From: Trueperaceae bacterium
GTDB lineage: Bacteria; Deinococcota; Deinococci; Deinococcales; Trueperaceae
Direction: 5' to 3'
Assembly: GCA_965215565.1 (NCBI GenBank)
Contig: CBDCDZ010000004.1
Coordinates: forward strand, 1,664,001-1,728,000
Length of the DNA: 64,000 nt
Each line of letters starts with the position of its first letter. The first letter of the stretch is position 1. The notes below the pieces were generated by a model. That model was given only the letters and a program-made list of their open reading frames with translations, was not told where the DNA came from and ran no database searches. Position numbers and translations under genes: made by a program. Of the stretch, positions 38,665 to 48,543 are shown in pieces.

Positions 38665-39277
38665 GGGTTTCCATAGCGTTCTCCTGAGTTTCTTGATGGT
38701 GCGCTGCCAACTTCTCTTTAATCTCTACCAAATCGTCTGCCGAGAGCTTCGCCCGGATGATGCGGCGGATTTCGTAGCGCTCTTCGTCGCCGGAAAGTTT
38801 CTTCAAGAAGCCCAAGTCCGTCACCTGTCTGATGAGCGTATCCACCGTCCTTAACAGCCGCTTCTCGTCGGTGTGCTCCTCTAAAAAGAGTGTCAGCATC
38901 CCCTGGATGTCGTTTTTAGACACCACCGCTTGAGTCGAGCGCAACTCACTTTGGTCGAACTGGACAAGGCGCTCGCGTAGCAAAACGCAGAGTAGGGTCG
39001 CGTTGTAGGAGAGCTTCTGGCGGCGGACGAGGCAGGGCAAGGCTTCCGGTGCATCCTCGACTTCATCATCTCCCGCCTCTGGCTGCGTGAGGTAGGCGTA
39101 GCCTTCGACTTCGTCTAAGTGCAGCGCGGCGCCGAAGCTCTCGAAGTGCTCTCTCACAGCGATTCGGTAGTCGAGCAGGAGGCTCCACGCGTCGTCGTCC
39201 GCCTCGAGCGTCCCCTGCAACAGTTTGATAATGACCGCCGCGTAGGGGGCTTGTTTTTCTCTGTCTAAAGGCTCCAT
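38651..39277 (-). CDS. jetB: Wadjet JetB (DUF4194)
   Basis: LHLDEVEGYAYL, LSYNATLLCVLLRERL, YEIRRIIRA. Positioned between jetA and jetC. Confidence 0.88.
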   Translation of the reverse strand: MEPLDREKQAPYAAVIIKLLQGTLEADDDAWSLLLDYRIAVREHFESFGAALHLDEVEGYAYLTQPEAGDDEVEDAPEALPCLVRRQKLSYNATLLCVLLRERLVQFDQSELRSTQAVVSKNDIQGMLTLFLEEHTDEKRLLRTVDTLIRQVTDLGFLKKLSGDEERYEIRRIIRAKLSADDLVEIKEKLAAHHQETQENAMETHASE

Positions 39278-40797
39278 TACTTATCTGACCTCACGAAGAC
39301 AACTTGGGGCATCTCGAGCGCCACTTCGCTAGTCTCACCGGGTTGCCCGTCGAACGGCTTTTCGAACCGTCCGTCAAACTCTCTACTCATACCGTTGCTC
39401 GTCCATCCATTAAGCACAACCGTCTGCGAGGTCGCCTCGTCAATAGTGTGTCGTTCGCCCTGTGCAGCGATGCTCAGGTAGGTGATGATTTCCGACAAGC
39501 CTTGCTCGGCGGGGTAGCGCCCAAGTGGCTCGGCGAGGCTGATGTGCGGACGCTCCACCAGTAGAGATTCGATTTGCGCCTCGAGCCGCTGCCTGTCCAC
39601 GGCGAGCCCGCTGTAAAGCGCGGCAGTGTCAACCGACGCGAGGTTCTCACCGCCTACGGCGAGCGGTTGGGGCGCGAAGGTCGGCATGTCGCTGGCTTCC
39701 CACAGGGGGCGCTCCATCACGAGGTGCAAGGCGGGGCGGGTCTAGAGCGTCATGAAATCATCGGTCTCGGGCACGCCTACCTCTTTACTCCGCACGGCGA
39801 GCTGCTTGATCTCCGCGATGAGGTCTAGGACGCGCCTATTCTCCGCCAACGCCTGCTCGTCGAGCAGGCGGCGCAACTGTTCGGCGAGGTGGCGGTTCGA
39901 CTGAATGACGCCGCCGCTCGCGAGCAAGAGGTCCTCTTTGATGCGCCTGAGCCCCTGCTGACGGGTCAACTCGCCGAGTTCGCTCAGGGCGTAAGCCTCT
40001 TCGACGAGTTGGCGCAAGGCGGCTTGCTTTTCGGGAGAGGCGAGAAACTGCCAGAAGGTATAGAAGCTCCGTCCCTGGTCCGACTCTCCAAGTGCGGCGT
40101 CCGCTTCTAGGACGCTCTCGAGTACCTTTCCCTTCGTCGCGTGCGCCTCGAGTTGCTGCGCCTGCACGCGCCGCGCGACGCCTCTAAAGTTCTCCTCGAT
40201 CTCCTTGAAGTCGGCGAGGAGTTGCCGCGCGAGTTGATTCGCTTCACTGAAGCGCTCTTTAAGCTGCGTGGCGCTGTAGCGCGGCACTTCGCCGGAGGTT
40301 TTAATCGCGTCAATCTCGGCTTGCAGCTTTGCCTTCTCCGCTTCCAAATGCGCCAAGCGCGTCTCCGGGTCGGCGCTGCTCTGGACGCTGATTTCTTCAA
40401 GCAAGCTAAAGATACGCAAAAACCGCGACTCCGCGCCGATAAATTCGCGCCGCTGCAAATCGCTCAGCCAACCTAACGCCCGCTCCGCGTCGGTTGTGAG
40501 GTCGAAGACGGGCTCGTCGTGCCCTAAGTAGCGCCGCGTCAGGAAGCGGTGGTCGTCGTCGCACCAGGTTGTGAGGTAGTTTTGGGGGCTGTTTTTGTAC
40601 ATTCCGGGTGTTTCTTCATGAACTGCCTCGAGATACCCCTCCAAATCCTCTAGCAGTGCACTGTAAGGAACCGACGTGCGGTGCTGCACCTTGAACGCGC
40701 TCTGCAAAAAGCCGACGATGAGCGCGGCGTTTTGGCTGCGCAGAAGCTTGATACTGGCGGAACGCTCGAGGTCGAATTGAATTTGGCTGTGATTCAA
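39277..40797 (-). pseudogene. jetA: Wadjet JetA (DUF3375) interrupted by an in-frame TAG at 39742-39744
   Basis: KLLRSQNA, ESRFLRIF, SDQGRSFYTFWQFL, then FMTL*TRPALHLVMERPLW...YPAEQGLSEIITYL...MPQVVF in the same frame. TTG start after GGAGA. Confidence 0.85.
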
Positions 40798-40892
40798 GGG
40801 CGGTTCTCCGTGGGGCGAGCTTGGGGCGGTTAAACGCATTATACTCGAGCCTTGCATATATTCGGCAGCCGTGAAGAATCTCAGCATTAAGC

Positions 40893-40963
40893 CTTTAGCG
40901 CTTAGCTTTCAGCCGTTAGCACAAGCTTTTAAGGCTAATACCTAAGGGCTAAAAGCTAACAGC
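40893..40963. repeat. Inverted heptamer tandem repeats (STRR-like)
   Basis: TTAGCGC TTAGCTT TCAGCCG TTAGCAC ... GCTAATA CCTAAGG GCTAAAA GCTAACA. Confidence 0.6.
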
Positions 40964-41120
40964 TTTGGGTAAAGAAACGCTTTCTCGAGCGGGTTTACAT
41001 GTTTTACAAACCATGAGTTAAGTACTTCGGCTTCAATAATCTAAACAATCTCGAGGAAGTTTTTACGCTCAGAACGGACTTCGTTGACATTCTCTAGTTT
41101 AGGTTATTTCGATGCACCTA

Positions 41121-41150
41121 CTTAGTCCGCCTATGCTAAACTGGGCTAAG
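41121..41150. promoter_or_regulatory. Palindrome flanking a TATGCT -10 box (putative TA operator)
   Basis: CTTAGTCC...GGGCTAAG surrounding TATGCT, just before AGGAGG. Confidence 0.5.
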
Positions 41151-41159
41151 GAGGTTGCG

Positions 41160-41462
41160 ATGTCCAAACTGGCGAAGTCTAAAGAGGATGAAACGCAGAA
41201 TAAAACCCAAGTCAACATGCACGAGGCGAAAACGAACTTTTCGAAGTTGGTCGAAAAAGCCCTGCAGGGTGAAGAGGTCGTGATTGCGCGGAACGGGACG
41301 CCGCTGGTGAGGCTCGAGCCCGTCTCAAAGCCCAAAGCGTTACGCCCCTTCGGATTAGACCGCCAAGAGGTCGGTGACGACTTTGTAGAACGCTCGATGG
41401 CTCCCTTGAGCGAAGAGGAGTTGGCGCTGTGGCACAACCCTAAAATACGCAGCAACGAGTGA
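41160..41462 (+). CDS. Phd/YefM family antitoxin
   Basis: NMHEAKTNFSKLVEKALQGEEVVIARNGTPLVRL. AGGAGG RBS. Confidence 0.9.
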   Translation: MSKLAKSKEDETQNKTQVNMHEAKTNFSKLVEKALQGEEVVIARNGTPLVRLEPVSKPKALRPFGLDRQEVGDDFVERSMAPLSEEELALWHNPKIRSNE

Positions 41463-41884
41463 GTAAACGTGAAGCGTCACTCAAAGAAAGGACGCTCTTA
41501 CTCGATACGCACGCACTTATCTGGTACAGCGTCGACCCGGAAAGGTTGCCGGAGAGCGTGCTGGAGCGCCTACGCGATACCGAGCAGCGTATCTTTGTCT
41601 CCTCTATTTGCGCGTGGGAAATCTCGATTAAGGTTCGCCTTGGCAAATTGCCACAAGCTCAGACGCTCTACGAGAACTTTCATCTCCGTCTGACTCAATA
41701 CGGCTTCAGCGAACTTCCTTTTACGAGCGTTCATGCGCTCGCAGAAGGGGGGTTAGAGCACCTACCTAAAGACCCCTTTGACCGCGCCTTGGCTGCGCAA
41801 GCGGTGAGCGAGCAACTTGTGTTGGTCTCGAGCGACGAAGCCTTTACCGAAGTGCCCGATCTCAGCGTCTGGTGGGGCGCGTGA
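41459..41884 (+). CDS. vapC: PIN-domain toxin (VapC family)
   Basis: LLLDTH, AWEISIK, KDPFDRALAAQA, LVSSD. Confidence 0.9.
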   Translation: MSKREASLKERTLLLDTHALIWYSVDPERLPESVLERLRDTEQRIFVSSICAWEISIKVRLGKLPQAQTLYENFHLRLTQYGFSELPFTSVHALAEGGLEHLPKDPFDRALAAQAVSEQLVLVSSDEAFTEVPDLSVWWGA

Positions 41885-41933
41885 TGTTTCACCCCTTCCA
41901 GCTTTATAGCCGTTGCGGGGCTATACTGACACG

Positions 41934-43181
41934 ATGACTGATATTCACATGCAAACCCTCCCCAACGGCTTGACCTTGGTCGCCGAGCCGATGCCCTGGC
42001 TTCCATCGGCGAGTTTTAACCTCTTGATGCCGGTGGGCGCGGCGGGCGATCCTGAGGGGCGCGAGGGTAGTGCGACGGTGCTCAACGATTGGCTTTACAG
42101 GGGCGCGGGCGAACGCGGCTCGCGCGAATTTTCGGACGCTTTGGACGACTTAGGCGTGCGGCGCGGCGGCGGTGCGGGCACGGAGTACGCGACGCTCTCC
42201 GCCTCGCTCTTAGCGGACACGCTCCCCGAGACTTTGAAGCTTTACGCCGACATGGTGCGCCGCCCGAAGTTAGAGGACGAGACCTTTGAGTCGGCGCGGA
42301 CCTTAGCGCTGCAAGAGTTGTGGTCACTGGACGACAATCCCACGCAGCGCCTCTTTATCGCCCTATCGAAAGCGTATTTTGCGTCAGGGCAGGGGCGGAG
42401 CGCTTACGGGACGGAAGAAGGGCTCAAGAACTTGAGCGCCGAGAGCGTACGCCAGGATTACGAACGCCGCGTCATACCCAAGGGTGCGATTCTAAGCGTA
42501 GCGGGCGGTGTTAAGTGGGACCATCTTTTGTCGCAAGTGCAGGAGACGTTTGGCGACTGGCAGGGTGAGGGCGAAACCCTACCCGAAGCGGAACTCGCGC
42601 CGCAACATTCCGAACATATCGAAGCGGACACCTCGCAGACGCAGATCGGCGTGGCCTTCGCGGGCGTCGCGCCGGGCTCAAAGGACTGGTACAAGCACGC
42701 GCTCTCGACGGGCGTGCTGAGCGGAGGGATGGGCTCGCGTCTCTTCAGTGAGGTGCGCGAAAAGCGAGGCCTAGTCTACAGCGTGGCGGCCGTCAACCGC
42801 GCGGTGCGGGGCTTCGGCTACACCTTGGGCTACGCGGGCACGACGCCCGAACGCGCCGACGAAACGTTGCGCGTCCTTTTAGGTGAGCTTTCCAAACTCC
42901 GCAAGGGCGTCTCCGAGGACGAGTTGGAGCGCTCGCGCAGCGGGCTCTTGTCCAGCCTCGTCATGCAGGGCGAGTCGAGCGGCGCGCGGGCTTCAGCGCT
43001 GGCAAGGGACACCTTCCTCTTGGGCGAACCGCGCCCCATAAGCGACGTGAAAGAGGGCGTACAAAGGACCTCTTTGGACGAGGTCAACCTCTTCCTAAGC
43101 GAACGCCCCGAACCTGAATTCACCGTCCTAACGCTCGGACCTAAAGCCGTAAAATCCAATTCCGAGGAGGTATCCGCGTGA
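41934..43181 (+). CDS. M16B peptidase, non-catalytic subunit
   Basis: LPNGLTLV, GGMGSRLFSEVREKRGLVYSV. HxxEH is absent. TATACT 6 nt before the ATG. Confidence 0.88.
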   Translation: MTDIHMQTLPNGLTLVAEPMPWLPSASFNLLMPVGAAGDPEGREGSATVLNDWLYRGAGERGSREFSDALDDLGVRRGGGAGTEYATLSASLLADTLPETLKLYADMVRRPKLEDETFESARTLALQELWSLDDNPTQRLFIALSKAYFASGQGRSAYGTEEGLKNLSAESVRQDYERRVIPKGAILSVAGGVKWDHLLSQVQETFGDWQGEGETLPEAELAPQHSEHIEADTSQTQIGVAFAGVAPGSKDWYKHALSTGVLSGGMGSRLFSEVREKRGLVYSVAAVNRAVRGFGYTLGYAGTTPERADETLRVLLGELSKLRKGVSEDELERSRSGLLSSLVMQGESSGARASALARDTFLLGEPRPISDVKEGVQRTSLDEVNLFLSERPEPEFTVLTLGPKAVKSNSEEVSA

Positions 43182-44407
43182 GCTTGACCTTTCAAAAAAC
43201 CACGCTAGACAATGGGCTCACTATCGTCGGCGAGCACAACGCGCGGGCGCAATCCTTCGCGGCAGGCTACTTCGTCAAGACAGGCTCGCGTGACGAGACC
43301 GAAGAGGTCGCGGGCGTCTCGCACTTTTTGGAGCACATGATGTTTAAGGGTACCAATAAGCGCAGCCCCGCCGACATCAACCGCGAATTCGACGAACTCG
43401 GCGCGAACTATAACGCCTATACGAGCGATGAGCGCACGGTCTACTACGGCGCGGTCTTACCTGAGCGAGCGCCCAAACTGCTCGACCTCCTCTCGGATAT
43501 GATGCGCCCCGCCCTGCGCCAAGAGGACTTCGACTTAGAGAAGAACGTCATTTTAGAAGAGATCGCCATGTACGAAGACCGCCCCGGCTTCAAGGTCTTC
43601 GAGGAGGGCAATGCGCGCTACTACAACGGGCACCCGCTGGGCAACTCCGTTTTGGGCTCGGCGGACTCGATTCGCGCGCTGGAGCGTGAGCAGATGCTCC
43701 GCTACTTCGAGGCGCGCTACGCGGCGGACAACCTCATCTTGAGCGTGGCGGGCAGCTACGACTGGGACACGCTCGTCGCGCAGATCGGCGAGCTGACCAG
43801 CAACTGGCAGCCGAGCAACCCAACGCGGGCGCACCCCGAGCTAGAGCCCAATACTGAGAACGTCACCTTGAAGAACGCCCGCTTAAAGCGCGTCCACGTG
43901 GCGAGTTACGCGCCCGGCGTGAGCGCTCAAGACGAACTGCGCTACGCGGCGAGCATCTTAGCAAACTGTATCGGCGACTCGAGCGGCTCCCGGCTCTATT
44001 GGTCCTTAGTGGACAACGGCTTAGCCGAGAGCGCCAGCCTCTCACACGACAGCGCGGACGGCGCGGGCGTCTTTATCGGCTACCTCTCGACAGGACCGGG
44101 TGAGTTAGACAAGGTCCTGAAGATTTACAGAAACGTCCTACAGGAGGTGCAGCAAGGGGGCGTGAGCGAAGACGAGTGGAGCCGGGCGCAGCGCAAACTC
44201 GCCACCGGGCTCACCCTGCGCGGCGAAACCCCCTTTGGGCGGCTTATGTCGCTGGGCTCGAGCTACCAGTATTTGGGCGAATACAAGTCCGTGCAGGACG
44301 TGGTGGACACCATCTTGAACACGACCACCGAAGACGCGAAGAAGATTTTGGAGCGTAAGCCTTTCGACAACCTCTTTACGCTCACCCTGAAGCCGGAGCA
44401 GAACTGA
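43178..44407 (+). CDS. M16B peptidase, catalytic subunit
   Basis: GSRDE, HFLEHMMFKG, NAYTS, EKNVILEEI. Confidence 0.92.
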   Translation: MSLTFQKTTLDNGLTIVGEHNARAQSFAAGYFVKTGSRDETEEVAGVSHFLEHMMFKGTNKRSPADINREFDELGANYNAYTSDERTVYYGAVLPERAPKLLDLLSDMMRPALRQEDFDLEKNVILEEIAMYEDRPGFKVFEEGNARYYNGHPLGNSVLGSADSIRALEREQMLRYFEARYAADNLILSVAGSYDWDTLVAQIGELTSNWQPSNPTRAHPELEPNTENVTLKNARLKRVHVASYAPGVSAQDELRYAASILANCIGDSSGSRLYWSLVDNGLAESASLSHDSADGAGVFIGYLSTGPGELDKVLKIYRNVLQEVQQGGVSEDEWSRAQRKLATGLTLRGETPFGRLMSLGSSYQYLGEYKSVQDVVDTILNTTTEDAKKILERKPFDNLFTLTLKPEQN

Positions 44408-44464
44408 ATTCGTAAGAACTTAATCTCCGCTGCGTCGTCCGCATTCGTAAGCCAGCGGCGCTTT

Positions 44465-44493
44465 GTAGGGGCAGGTTTGAAACCTGCCCCTAC
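44465..44493. repeat. GTAG-type REP palindrome
   Basis: GTAGGGGCAGGTTT-G-AAACCTGCCCCTAC. Confidence 0.8.
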
Positions 44494-44531
44494 ACGTTAC
44501 GGCACTCTCTTTACCCGTCAGCAGCGCTGAT

Positions 44532-44763
44532 GTAGGGGGAATTCATTAGCAGGTATCATCTGGTCTGAGTGTACGTAAGTTTTGCGAAGCAACACCCTCA
44601 CTGTAGAAAGCACTGTTTCCTTCGGAAAACTTCGTAATTCGCCTTGCGAAAACTCCGTAATTAGCACGCACGTTGTGAGGTGATACCTTTGGCGTTGCCA
44701 AAACTTCCGTAAGCGGCACTCTGTCTCAATATGTTTTGGAAGTGCTACATGAATTCCCCCTAC
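44532..44763. repeat. GTAG-type REP palindrome split by the MITE insertion
   Basis: GTAGGGGGAATTCAT [MITE] CATGAATTCCCCCTAC. Confidence 0.8.
44547..44747 (+). mobile_element. MITE-like repeat, copy 7
   Basis: TAGCAGGTATCATCTGGTCTGAG...TGTCTCAATATGTTTTGGAAGTGCTA. Flanking duplication CAT/CAT. Confidence 0.88.
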
Positions 44764-44884
44764 GCCGTCCACTTACAAAACTTCGGTGAGACCTGCGTTA
44801 GTCCTCCCTAAAGGTTTCGTGGCGCGTCCTTGCAGAGAGGTTTACATCTTGGGTGAGGCGGCCATGATATATTAAATAGAGCAC

Positions 44885-47098
44885 ATGAACGCCCTCTTCG
44901 AACCCCTCCAAGCCAAAACGAGCTACTTAGACGGAAGTGCGCAGGCGCAACTCGCCGACGCCTATGCGTTGGCGGAGCGTGCCCATAGCGGCATGATGCG
45001 TAAGTCTGGCGAGCCCTTCATCGCGCACCCCGTCGCCGTCACCGAACTCTTGGCCGAGATGTACCTAGACGCGGACGCGCTCATCGCAGGACTGTTACAC
45101 GACACGGTGGAAGACACCGACGTCACCTTTGAAGACATCGAGACGCGCTTCGGCTTAGGGGTGCGGCGCATCGTCGAGGGCGAGACGAAGATCAGCAAGC
45201 TCAAAGTGACCTCGGACAAAGGCTTCGAAGAGGAGCAAGCCGAGAACCTGCGGCAGATGCTTCTGGCGATGGTCTCGGACGTGCGCATCATCTTGGTCAA
45301 GCTCGCCGACAGGCTCCACAACATGCGCACGCTCCAGTACATGCCGCCCCACAAGCAGAAGCGCATCGCCCGTGAAACGTTGGAAATCTTCGCGCCTTTA
45401 GCGCACCGCTTGGGCATCAATCACATCAAGAGCGAGCTAGAGGAGCTGTCGTTTTCGTACCTCGAGCCAGGCACCTACGACACCTTGCAGCGCCAGGTGC
45501 GGATGCGCCGCAACGAGCGTGAGGCGTATATCGGGCGCTCCATCGAACTTTTAGAGGAGCGCTTAGCGCAAGAGGGCTTAGCCTTTGAAGTTTCCGGGCG
45601 CAGCAAAGGGTTATACAGCGTCTACCGCAAGATGCAGCGCGACGGCAAAAACTTGGACCAAATCTTTGACCTCATGGCGATTCGCGCCATTATCATTCCC
45701 AAAAACGGTCCCTTCAGCGGCGAAGGCATGAGCGTCGAAGACCAGGAAAAGGCGGTCTGTTACCGCGCACTAGGCATCATTCACTCCATCTGGACGCCCA
45801 TACCAGGGCGCTTTAAGGACTACGTCGCGGTGCCCAAACACAACGGCTACCAGTCGCTGCACACCACCGTCATCGGTCTGCAGGGGCAGCCCATCGAGGT
45901 GCAGATTCGCACCCAGCGGATGCACGAGGTGGCTGAATACGGTGTGGCGGCGCACTGGGCGTACAAGCAGGGGCTCAGCGACGTGCAAGAGGTCGAGAAG
46001 CGCCTCGAGTGGATGAAGCAACTTTTAGACGTGGACAGCTCCGAGGAGAGCGCGGGCGCGTTTATCGACACCGTCAAGAGCGACTTCTTGAGCGAGCGCG
46101 TGCTGGTCTTTACACCTGCGGGCGACGTGATGAATCTGCCCTTGGGTTCGACGCCCATCGACTTCGCTTACCAGGTCCACACGCAAGTCGGACACCGCTG
46201 TATCGGCGCGCGGGTCAACGGCGAGATCGTGCCGCTGAATTACACCCTTAAAACGGGTGACAGAGTCGAAATCCTGACGAACCGGAGCGCCCAGTACGGT
46301 CCCTCGGCGGACTGGCTCAATATCGCCGTGACGCGGAGCGCCAAGCAGAAGATTCGCCAGTACGCGCGCCAGCAGGAACGCCAAGACGTTTTGGACGCTA
46401 GCCGCCGCACCTTGGAGCGCGCCCTGCGCCGCCGCCACCTCGCGGCGGCGCAGCACATGGCGAAGGGCAAGCTCGAGGCGGCAGCAAAAACGCTCCTCAG
46501 AGCTGACTCCAGCGACGAACTCCTCTTAGCCCTAAGCGCCAAGCGCGTCAGCACAAAGCAGATCATCGAGGTTTTAGCGCCCGAAACCATTAAGAAAGTC
46601 GCCGACACCAAAGCGCCGCCTGCCACCCCCAAACGCGGCACGGGCGGCATCTATATCGACGGATTGGACGCGCCCGCTAAGCTCGCGCAGTGCTGCAGCC
46701 CCGTGCGCGGCGACGACGTGGTGGGCTATATCACGCGCGGGCGCGGCGTCTCGGTGCACCGCTGCAACTGCCCGAACATCAAACACCTCTTGCGCACCGA
46801 AGGCGAGCGCTTGGTGGGCGTCACCTGGGACGCGCCCTCGGGCGAGGTCTACCCCGTGGACTTCGAGATCGTCGGCGTGGACCGCCCCGGCTTGCTCATG
46901 GATATCCTGGACGTTATTGCCAACATGAACAAGTCCGCCTCGCGCGTCTCCGCCGACGTGCAGAGCAGCGCGAACGCCCGCATTCACTTCCGGGTGGACG
47001 TGCGTGACCAGGGTGAGATCAACTTCATCAAGGACAACGTTTCGCGCATCAGCGATGTGAAGCGAATTTACAGGACGAAGCCGGGGCTTAAAGCGTAG
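44885..47098 (+). CDS. rel: Bifunctional (p)ppGpp synthetase/hydrolase (long RSH)
   Basis: HD motif LLHDTVED, KLADRLHNMRTL, NGYQSLHT, EVQIRT, TGS domain, CCSPVRGD, ACT domain DRPGLL. Confidence 0.95.
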   Translation: MNALFEPLQAKTSYLDGSAQAQLADAYALAERAHSGMMRKSGEPFIAHPVAVTELLAEMYLDADALIAGLLHDTVEDTDVTFEDIETRFGLGVRRIVEGETKISKLKVTSDKGFEEEQAENLRQMLLAMVSDVRIILVKLADRLHNMRTLQYMPPHKQKRIARETLEIFAPLAHRLGINHIKSELEELSFSYLEPGTYDTLQRQVRMRRNEREAYIGRSIELLEERLAQEGLAFEVSGRSKGLYSVYRKMQRDGKNLDQIFDLMAIRAIIIPKNGPFSGEGMSVEDQEKAVCYRALGIIHSIWTPIPGRFKDYVAVPKHNGYQSLHTTVIGLQGQPIEVQIRTQRMHEVAEYGVAAHWAYKQGLSDVQEVEKRLEWMKQLLDVDSSEESAGAFIDTVKSDFLSERVLVFTPAGDVMNLPLGSTPIDFAYQVHTQVGHRCIGARVNGEIVPLNYTLKTGDRVEILTNRSAQYGPSADWLNIAVTRSAKQKIRQYARQQERQDVLDASRRTLERALRRRHLAAAQHMAKGKLEAAAKTLLRADSSDELLLALSAKRVSTKQIIEVLAPETIKKVADTKAPPATPKRGTGGIYIDGLDAPAKLAQCCSPVRGDDVVGYITRGRGVSVHRCNCPNIKHLLRTEGERLVGVTWDAPSGEVYPVDFEIVGVDRPGLLMDILDVIANMNKSASRVSADVQSSANARIHFRVDVRDQGEINFIKDNVSRISDVKRIYRTKPGLKA

Positions 47099-47203
47099 CG
47101 GGTATTAGCAGGTCAAGGATGCTCCCACTTACAAGAGCGGCCGACGAGTACCTACGTTCAGAGATGATTCTTGCGCAATCCAAGCTAGCGATTCCAGATA
47201 AGG

Positions 47204-47791
47204 CTATCCGCGAAACCGCGCCGTCACCCAGTCTTTCACGTCCGCGTCCGCCGCAAGTTTTCCGACTTCGTGGTCCCTGAGAAACCGAGAGAAGTCGCGC
47301 CCGATGCGGTTCGCCGCGAGGTCCGCCGCCGTGTCGCCGCTCGGGTCATTGCGCCAAGGCACATCGTAGCCTACGGCTCGAGCCGTCCAGTCCACGAGCA
47401 GCGGCGGATAATATTCAGCAGCAGCGGCGTTCATCGCAAAATGACGAAAGCGCCCGCCACCGGGTTGCAACGTCGAATGAAAGTCCGCGCGGTCTGCCTT
47501 GCCGTCCGCAACCGTCTCCGTCAAAACAGCCGGAGAGGTCATCACCAAACGCTTGAAGAGGGCGAAGCGCTCCGATACGAAGAGGTCGACGAGGTCGTCC
47601 AGCACGGCGCGGCGGAGCGTGCGCTCCTCCGGTTTGGTCCAGACGGATTCGAGATAGACCGTCTCTACAACCTGCTGCACCAACATCCCGAAGCGCACCG
47701 CACCACCCAAAGAGGTGTCCGCTTGCAGTTGTGACCACTGCGCCAAATATCCTGGACGGCGGCTGAGGTGTTGCTGCTTAGAAGAGGTCAT
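47204..47791 (-). CDS. Hypothetical protein
   Basis: ATGA-coupled to the upstream gene. Motifs FRHFAMNA and DLAANRIGR. Confidence 0.65.
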   Translation of the reverse strand: MTSSKQQHLSRRPGYLAQWSQLQADTSLGGAVRFGMLVQQVVETVYLESVWTKPEERTLRRAVLDDLVDLFVSERFALFKRLVMTSPAVLTETVADGKADRADFHSTLQPGGGRFRHFAMNAAAAEYYPPLLVDWTARAVGYDVPWRNDPSGDTAADLAANRIGRDFSRFLRDHEVGKLAADADVKDWVTARFRG

Positions 47792-48543
47792 GGGTTCGCG
47801 CGAATGGTGTAGGCGGAGAGGCGTTCGTAGTAGGTGAGGCACTCCTCTAAAAGAGGCTCTAGCCGCTCAGGAAACGGCTCGTCTTTGGGGCGGTACGGCG
47901 CAAACGAGGTCGAGGCGTGGACGCCCGCGTACCAGTACTTCGCCCACACACCGTCCTCGGGTTTGGGACCGGCGGGCCAAGAGAGCACCGCCGCTTCAAA
48001 CGGTAGCTCGAGCCGCTCACAGACCTCTCCAAGTACACCTTTTGGGTTGAGCAAGACCTCTTTGGCGTCCAGTACGATGGGGGTTTTGCCTTGCCCTAAG
48101 ATAATGTCGAGCAGTTCCCCTTGTTCTCTAAGACCCGTGTCCCTAAGCGTCGGCTGCGGAAGCTGGTTGATGAGCGAGAGGAGCATCTCTCTAGGATGCC
48201 GCGTCAGCAAGAGGTTCGTCACCTGGTTTAGAAAGTCGCGGTTTAAGTCCGTGAGGTGATGCGCCATGTTCTTATAGAAGCGCACGTTTTTGTCACACGG
48301 ACCCAAGAGAATGTCGCGCACGACGTGCTCGCCGTCCGTATCCATCGTCCTTAAAACCTCTTTCTCGCCGGGATGCACCGCGTCCGTCACGTGCAAATAG
48401 TGACCGTACAGCGGTTCGTCGAAGACGCGCGTGTCGGAGCGCTGGCGGAAGCTGTACATGAGCGCCGTGGAGATGTTGCGCGGTCCTGACCACATGGAAA
48501 GGCGCAGGCAGTCTGTATTGAGATCGGTATCAGCTCGAGACAC
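47788..48543 (-). CDS. Sulfotransferase-like P-loop protein
   Basis: WSGPRNISTALMYSF, DEPLY, LTRHP, DGVWAKYWY. Confidence 0.8.
   Translation of the reverse strand: MSRADTDLNTDCLRLSMWSGPRNISTALMYSFRQRSDTRVFDEPLYGHYLHVTDAVHPGEKEVLRTMDTDGEHVVRDILLGPCDKNVRFYKNMAHHLTDLNRDFLNQVTNLLLTRHPREMLLSLINQLPQPTLRDTGLREQGELLDIILGQGKTPIVLDAKEVLLNPKGVLGEVCERLELPFEAAVLSWPAGPKPEDGVWAKYWYAGVHASTSFAPYRPKDEPFPERLEPLLEECLTYYERLSAYTIRANP

Noticed and set aside
39742..39744. Pyrrolysine or TAG reassignment in jetA
   Set aside because: TAG terminates ordinary genes in this window (e.g. 4175, 8429, 47098) and no pyl genes are present.
41934..44407. M16 pair as a RiPP/PQQ maturation system
   Set aside because: No precursor peptide or modifying enzymes are nearby, and inactive + active M16B pairs are common housekeeping loci.
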